Origin: Candidatus Altimarinota bacterium
GTDB lineage: Bacteria; Patescibacteriota; Gracilibacteria; JBDHUY01
Length of the DNA: 64,000 bases
Assembly (NCBI GenBank): GCA_039809385.1
Contig: JBDHUY010000003.1
Span: forward strand, 116,050 to 180,049
Direction of reading: 5' to 3'
A program made the position numbers and the translations under genes. This document shows positions 60,089 through 64,000 of this stretch, piece after piece (within the stretch, counting starts at the first letter, position 1; each line of letters begins with the position of its first letter). The notes under the pieces were generated by a model. The model was not told the DNA's origin, searched no databases, and worked only from the letters and a program-made list of their open reading frames with translations.

Positions 60089-60694
60089 ATGTCAAATACA
60101 GGGTTGTTTTTTTTGATTATGGGGCCGTCTGGTGTGGGGAAGGGCACGGTGATGCAGATGCTGCGCGAGCGGCATCCGGAGTTTGTGTTTCCTCGTTCTA
60201 TGACGACGCGGCCTCCTCGGCCCGGGGAGCAAGAGGGTGTGATGTATTTTTTTGTATCGGATGAGGATTTTGATGTGGCGATTGCGCAGGAACAACTGCT
60301 GGAATGGGCGGTGGTCCACCAGTATCAGCGGTATGGTGTGTTGCGGTCGGAGGTGGAGGGTCCTTTGGAGCAGGGGAAGGTGGTGGTGCGGGAGGTGGAT
60401 GTGGCAGGGTGGCGAACTATTATGGAGTCTTCCCTCCGCGACCGGGTGGTGTCTGTTTTTATCATGCCGCCCTCGCCGGAGGCGCTAAAGGAGCGGATTT
60501 TGAAACGGAGTCCGGTGGGGGAGGCGGAGCTGGCGGCGCGGCTCCTGGATGTGGCGCTGGAGACCGAGGCGGGGCGTAGTTGCGACTATCATGTGGTGTC
60601 GCATGAGAATCGGCAGGATGAGGTGTACCGGGAGGTGGAGGCGGCTATTGTAGCCGAAATGCGCAAGAACGGTTTACAAACCGGCGGGGGTTGA
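60089..60694 (+). CDS. gmk: Guanylate kinase
   Basis: GPSGVGKGT, TTRPPRPGE.EG..YFFV, LEWA.VH...YG, FI.PPS...L..R. Confidence 0.95.
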   Translation: MSNTGLFFLIMGPSGVGKGTVMQMLRERHPEFVFPRSMTTRPPRPGEQEGVMYFFVSDEDFDVAIAQEQLLEWAVVHQYQRYGVLRSEVEGPLEQGKVVVREVDVAGWRTIMESSLRDRVVSVFIMPPSPEALKERILKRSPVGEAELAARLLDVALETEAGRSCDYHVVSHENRQDEVYREVEAAIVAEMRKNGLQTGGG

Positions 60695-60829
60695 GTATAG
60701 TAAAAAGGCTTTGAATGGAGCGCGGATTTCTTTGTTTTATGTCCGAATGCCGTACTCAAAGTTTCTGTGTTGGGAGTTGCTTGCAGGGTGTTTCTGTTCT
60801 TTCGTTGAAATGAATCTCTGTTCCCTCTC

Positions 60830-60862
60830 GAACTCCGAACTCCGAACTCAAACTCAAACTCA
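60830..60862 (+). repeat. 6-7-nt tandem repeat
   Basis: gaactccgaactccgaactcaaactcaaactca. Confidence 0.65.
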
Positions 60863-60872
60863 TTTCTGATCC

Positions 60873-60969
60873 ATTGGGGAGTTGTCCGCCGCGGCGGATA
60901 AGGTACTCTATCTTTCTTTATTGGGGAGTCGTTCGCTGCGGTGAATAAGGTAGTCTGTTACATTTCATT
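60873..60969 (+). repeat. Two degenerate copies of the tRNA-Gln 5' end
   Basis: attggggagtYg...taaggta units of 47 and 50 nt immediately before the tRNA. Confidence 0.75.
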
Positions 60970-62636
60970 ATTGGGGAGTCGCCAAGTGGTAAGGCAACCG
61001 GCTCTGAACCGGTCATTCGAGGGTTCGAATCCTTCCTCCCCAGCCATGCTAGACGAATCCGGTCAAGGTTGTTGCTTTGACCTTTTTGTAAAGCCTTTTG
61101 TTCCGGTTCTAAGCTAAGATATTCATTCTCCAGCTGTCTGTACTCGCGATCTATCGGGACCAGCCATTCGTGGGCTTGCATATTGAGCTTTTTATCTTTG
61201 ATGAAAAAGTTCGAACCAAAGCCCCTGAGAATCGTCCTTTTCTCCTCAAAGCTGCCTTCGTTATAGTGATAGGCAGCATAAGTGATGAAATCGAAAGTCT
61301 TTTCCGTAAGCTCAAGCCAGTTCTCCGCTCTTTTATGAGTATCTCCCAGCTCTTCTTTGAGTTTCTCCATTTTGCTTTGGAGCTCCTTTTTCTCTTTCAA
61401 ATACTCTGTGTCGTTGATCAATTCCCTGTAGCGCATTTGGGTTAAATTGTCGATCTCCCTTTGAGTTTGCAATATGCTGTCCGCCTGCATCTCGTGTATT
61501 TTGCTTCTTTCTTTGATCTCGGTGTCATTGTATTTGTTAAGCATCTCTAAGGCCCAGTCCTTGAATTGAGGCAGAATAGTATATTTCCCCATTTCCGCTT
61601 TGACCATCTTGGTAAGTTCCCGTTCTTCAATAGAGCCTTGTTTACAATCTGGGTCCTTGTTATGCGTGCAGTGGTAAAAAGTATATTCTTTGCGTTCTCC
61701 GGTGCTTTTGATCTGCTTGCTCTTCATTTCAGCTGTTATTGATCCCTTGCATTCACCGCAAATCAAAAGTGGCTTATAGCAAAAATCATATTGTTTGGCC
61801 CTCGGGTTGCCTTGTCTCCCCAACAATCTTTGCACGCGGTCGTATTCTGCCAGTGTCACCATTGGTCGATGTGCTCCGCTAGTCCAAGCGCCATCCTGCT
61901 GTTTTATCAGTCCGGCATAAAACTTGTTTGTGAACATTTGATAAATGCCGCTTCGACTCAGGGGAGTGCCCCCTGTTTTTTTTGACTTTGTAGTCCGGTA
62001 ACCCCATTCCTCATTTAATTTTTTCAATATCTGAGGTGGCGTATAATTGCCGGTCAGCATCATGTCCCAGCATTTTTTTAGAACAGGAAATCGTTTTGGA
62101 TCGATTTTGATCGTTCTCATGCCTCGTTGGCCTTCATAGTCATTGAGCCAGCCTTGGGGGGCTTTGTTTGGACGGATACCCATTTTCAGTTTTGTTCCCA
62201 AGCCTCTCTTCACATCTTTACTCAGTTTCGAAGAGGAGTATTGCGATTGAGAAAGGGCCATCTGCAGCATCATAATGCCCTCCGGTGAATTGTCGAAGTT
62301 GTATGAACCAAACTTCAAATCCTTTATAATTCCAGTTCGTATAAAGTAGGTAATAGTAGCCGCGTCGATCTCATTTCTGGATAAGCGGTCGGGGTGCCAT
62401 GCGACAATCCCGTCCGCCTCACCGCTTTTGATACGTTCGATCATGCTTTGAAAAACGTTTCTTTCATAAGGCTTAAAAGCACTTTTGCTCTCCTCCAAAA
62501 CTTCGACAATCTCGATCTGAGGAAAGATGATATTGATTTTTTCTTTCTGTGAACCAATTGAAAGGACCTGTCTCTCCTCCGATTCGGTAGATTTTCTCGC
62601 ATAGAGTAAGTACCGATATTGCTTGATGTTTTCCAT
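60918..62636 (-). CDS. Large serine recombinase; C-terminus encoded antisense to tRNA-Gln
   Basis: YARKS catalytic motif, DRLSRN, N.FYAG, zinc ribbon CGEC..YHC..C, coiled coil; tail WLGRKDSNPRMTGSEPVALPLGDSP is the reverse strand of the tRNA. Confidence 0.92.
   Translation of the reverse strand: MENIKQYRYLLYARKSTESEERQVLSIGSQKEKINIIFPQIEIVEVLEESKSAFKPYERNVFQSMIERIKSGEADGIVAWHPDRLSRNEIDAATITYFIRTGIIKDLKFGSYNFDNSPEGIMMLQMALSQSQYSSSKLSKDVKRGLGTKLKMGIRPNKAPQGWLNDYEGQRGMRTIKIDPKRFPVLKKCWDMMLTGNYTPPQILKKLNEEWGYRTTKSKKTGGTPLSRSGIYQMFTNKFYAGLIKQQDGAWTSGAHRPMVTLAEYDRVQRLLGRQGNPRAKQYDFCYKPLLICGECKGSITAEMKSKQIKSTGERKEYTFYHCTHNKDPDCKQGSIEERELTKMVKAEMGKYTILPQFKDWALEMLNKYNDTEIKERSKIHEMQADSILQTQREIDNLTQMRYRELINDTEYLKEKKELQSKMEKLKEELGDTHKRAENWLELTEKTFDFITYAAYHYNEGSFEEKRTILRGFGSNFFIKDKKLNMQAHEWLVPIDREYRQLENEYLSLEPEQKALQKGQSNNLDRIRLAWLGRKDSNPRMTGSEPVALPLGDSPIMKCNRLPYSPQRTTPQ
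60972..61046 (+). tRNA. tRNA-Gln(CTG)
   Basis: TGGGGAG/CTCCCCA acceptor, accgg-CTCTGAA-ccggt anticodon arm, GTTCGAATC, CCA. Confidence 0.96.
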
Positions 62637-62817
62637 AGGTATCTGATAGTTAGATGGCAGTATGCCCAAAGAGGACGGTTCTGAGTCATCCAATCCAGTT
62701 ACACAAGGCAACAGTTTTGGCAGAACCGCCCACGATTGGGCGACAAAACAAAGTTTGCCCTTGTACGATTTACCGAATTGGATGACTGCACCCATTATAC
62801 CGCCACCGCTGGTACAA

Positions 62818-63882
62818 TTACAGTATTTTTTGATTTTCTTTGATTACCTCAGCCATAACCTGCTTCATTTCTTCCTTGGTAAAACTGAATTTGCCATCGA
62901 TGTTCTTTGTACCCAGTCTAACATTTTTGACAATATCGATTTGCCGGTCTTCTTCGATATGTCCGTACCCATACGAGCCAAAAGTCGTGCCGGTATTTTC
63001 GTGTCCGAGATTTTGACTGATCGCTTTTTTCTCTTCTTCAGTCAGTCGGGTCTTGGCAAACTCTTTTACAACCAGATGCCTGAATGTGTGCGGGTGGTAG
63101 TACGGGACCTCGGCATCCAGAAACCGTTTCTGGAATATTTTGCGTGCCGAATTTGAATCCTGCCAGAAAATCGGTTCGACTTCGCCGGTATTATGATACG
63201 AGATATTTTCCTGCCCGTTCTCTATCTTGAAAATCGGAAATATAGGGTCTTTGGGACCAAACTTTTTGACCCCTTGCAGGTATTTGTACCATTCCAGAAA
63301 ATAATCTATTGCCTGAGTGTATTCTATGGGGAAGAACGTAGTCACGATCCTCTTTGAGAATTTCGTTTTAATGCCTAGTTTTGGATTTTGGTCCACCGTT
63401 AAAGTCCCTTCATCAAAGGCCATCATTGGCAGGCTGTAAATGGCCGATATTCGAGCTCCAGTGAGTAGCGTAAAACAGATTAGTGCCCGATCCCGTCGAT
63501 CAACATCAGTGCTAATTTTGATATATTCGATCACTTTGATAACTTCTTCCATTGAGGGAATTTCTCGTTTGTTCGGCTGTATGGCTATGCGTGTCTCTTT
63601 TTTGGACAAGGAGAGGTGCTCAATAATAATCGGACTGACTTTTGATTTATAATTCGGCTGCATTGAGAGCCATTCAAAAAATCCTCTGAGTCGGCGCAAA
63701 ACATTGTAGAGGTAGGTGAGGGATAACGACTCGCTGTTTTTGTTTGTGCGGTTCCTGATCCAGCTCGTGAATGCCCGGGCCTGCTGTTTGCCGAAACTGG
63801 CAAAATCTTTGTTGTCCGTACATTCCTGCCAGAGTAATATTGCCCGCTCGTAGGCATCAATCGAATCGTTTGAGAATCCGGA
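62818..63882 (-). pseudogene. Tyrosine recombinase, apparently 5'-truncated
   Basis: TGARISA, HTFRH, LGHE, SYG motifs; frame stays open and integrase-like (GFSNDSIDAYERAILLW) up to TGA at 63883-85 with no ATG. Confidence 0.75.
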
Positions 63883-63925
63883 TCAATAGAAAATTTCTTT
63901 GAGAAAAGAACTAAGCAAAAAGAGT

Positions 63926-64000
63926 ATGAACACGAAAGAGGAAGAAATTGGTATCACGAATGCCGCGCAGGAGTGCTCGAAAGCCTTTGAGTTTAGCATT
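63926..64000 (+). CDS. Start of hypothetical ORF running off window
   Basis: MNTKEEEIGITNAAQECSKAFEFSI..., open to window end. Confidence 0.3.
   Translation, partial: MNTKEEEIGITNAAQECSKAFEFSI

Larger units (their letters stand above)
61047..64000. mobile_element. Left part of a genomic island integrated at tRNA-Gln
   Basis: Serine recombinase abuts the tRNA 3' end, followed by a tyrosine recombinase; AT-richer; other boundary not in window. Confidence 0.7.

Noticed and set aside
60862-60996. CRISPR array
   Set aside because: Only three degenerate units, derived from the tRNA 5' end, without distinct spacers; no cas genes in the window
62636-62795. N-terminal 53 aa of the 625-aa recombinase ORF
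   Set aside because: The catalytic YARKS motif normally lies near the N-terminus; ATG 62636 fits better

Overview
Chromosomal window from a bacterium that looks like Patescibacteria/CPR, most like the SLH-rich Peregrinibacteria/Abawacabacteria side of Gracilibacteria. This assignment is inferred from gene content, SD-less T-rich gene starts, PilT and SLH proteins. TGA acts as stop, so the code is 11, not 25. The backbone is housekeeping: murF, murD (frameshifted), pilT, rnhB, mutL, tsaE, rsmF-like, valS, alaX, ispH, gmk, RNase P RNA, tRNA-Ala(CGC) and tRNA-Gln(CTG). Envelope genes include a GH5 glycoside hydrolase-SLH, M23-SLH, fasciclin-SLH, VanW, an RND pump, glycosyltransferases and a PLD. 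AT-rich inserts include two PIN toxin-antitoxin modules, two damaged NUDIX genes and a DUF3800 gene with a downstream structured RNA. A serine/tyrosine recombinase island begins at tRNA-Gln at the right end. The most unusual items are: (i) a long RelA/SpoT homolog with an intact hydrolase, a degenerate synthetase and a fused ~14-TM EamA-type membrane region, divergent from an orphan solute-binding protein and a HAMP-SpoIIE phosphatase; (ii) DUF3800 plus a small structured RNA with its own convergent promoter; (iii) a soluble tandem anti-sigma-like protein; (iv) degenerate tRNA-Gln 5' repeats beside a recombinase whose C-terminus is encoded antisense to the tRNA; (v) several nested families of 7-nt and 10-nt periodic and REP-like repeats, one of which is translated in frame inside murF. 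All domain calls come from motif recognition by eye; no searches were run.
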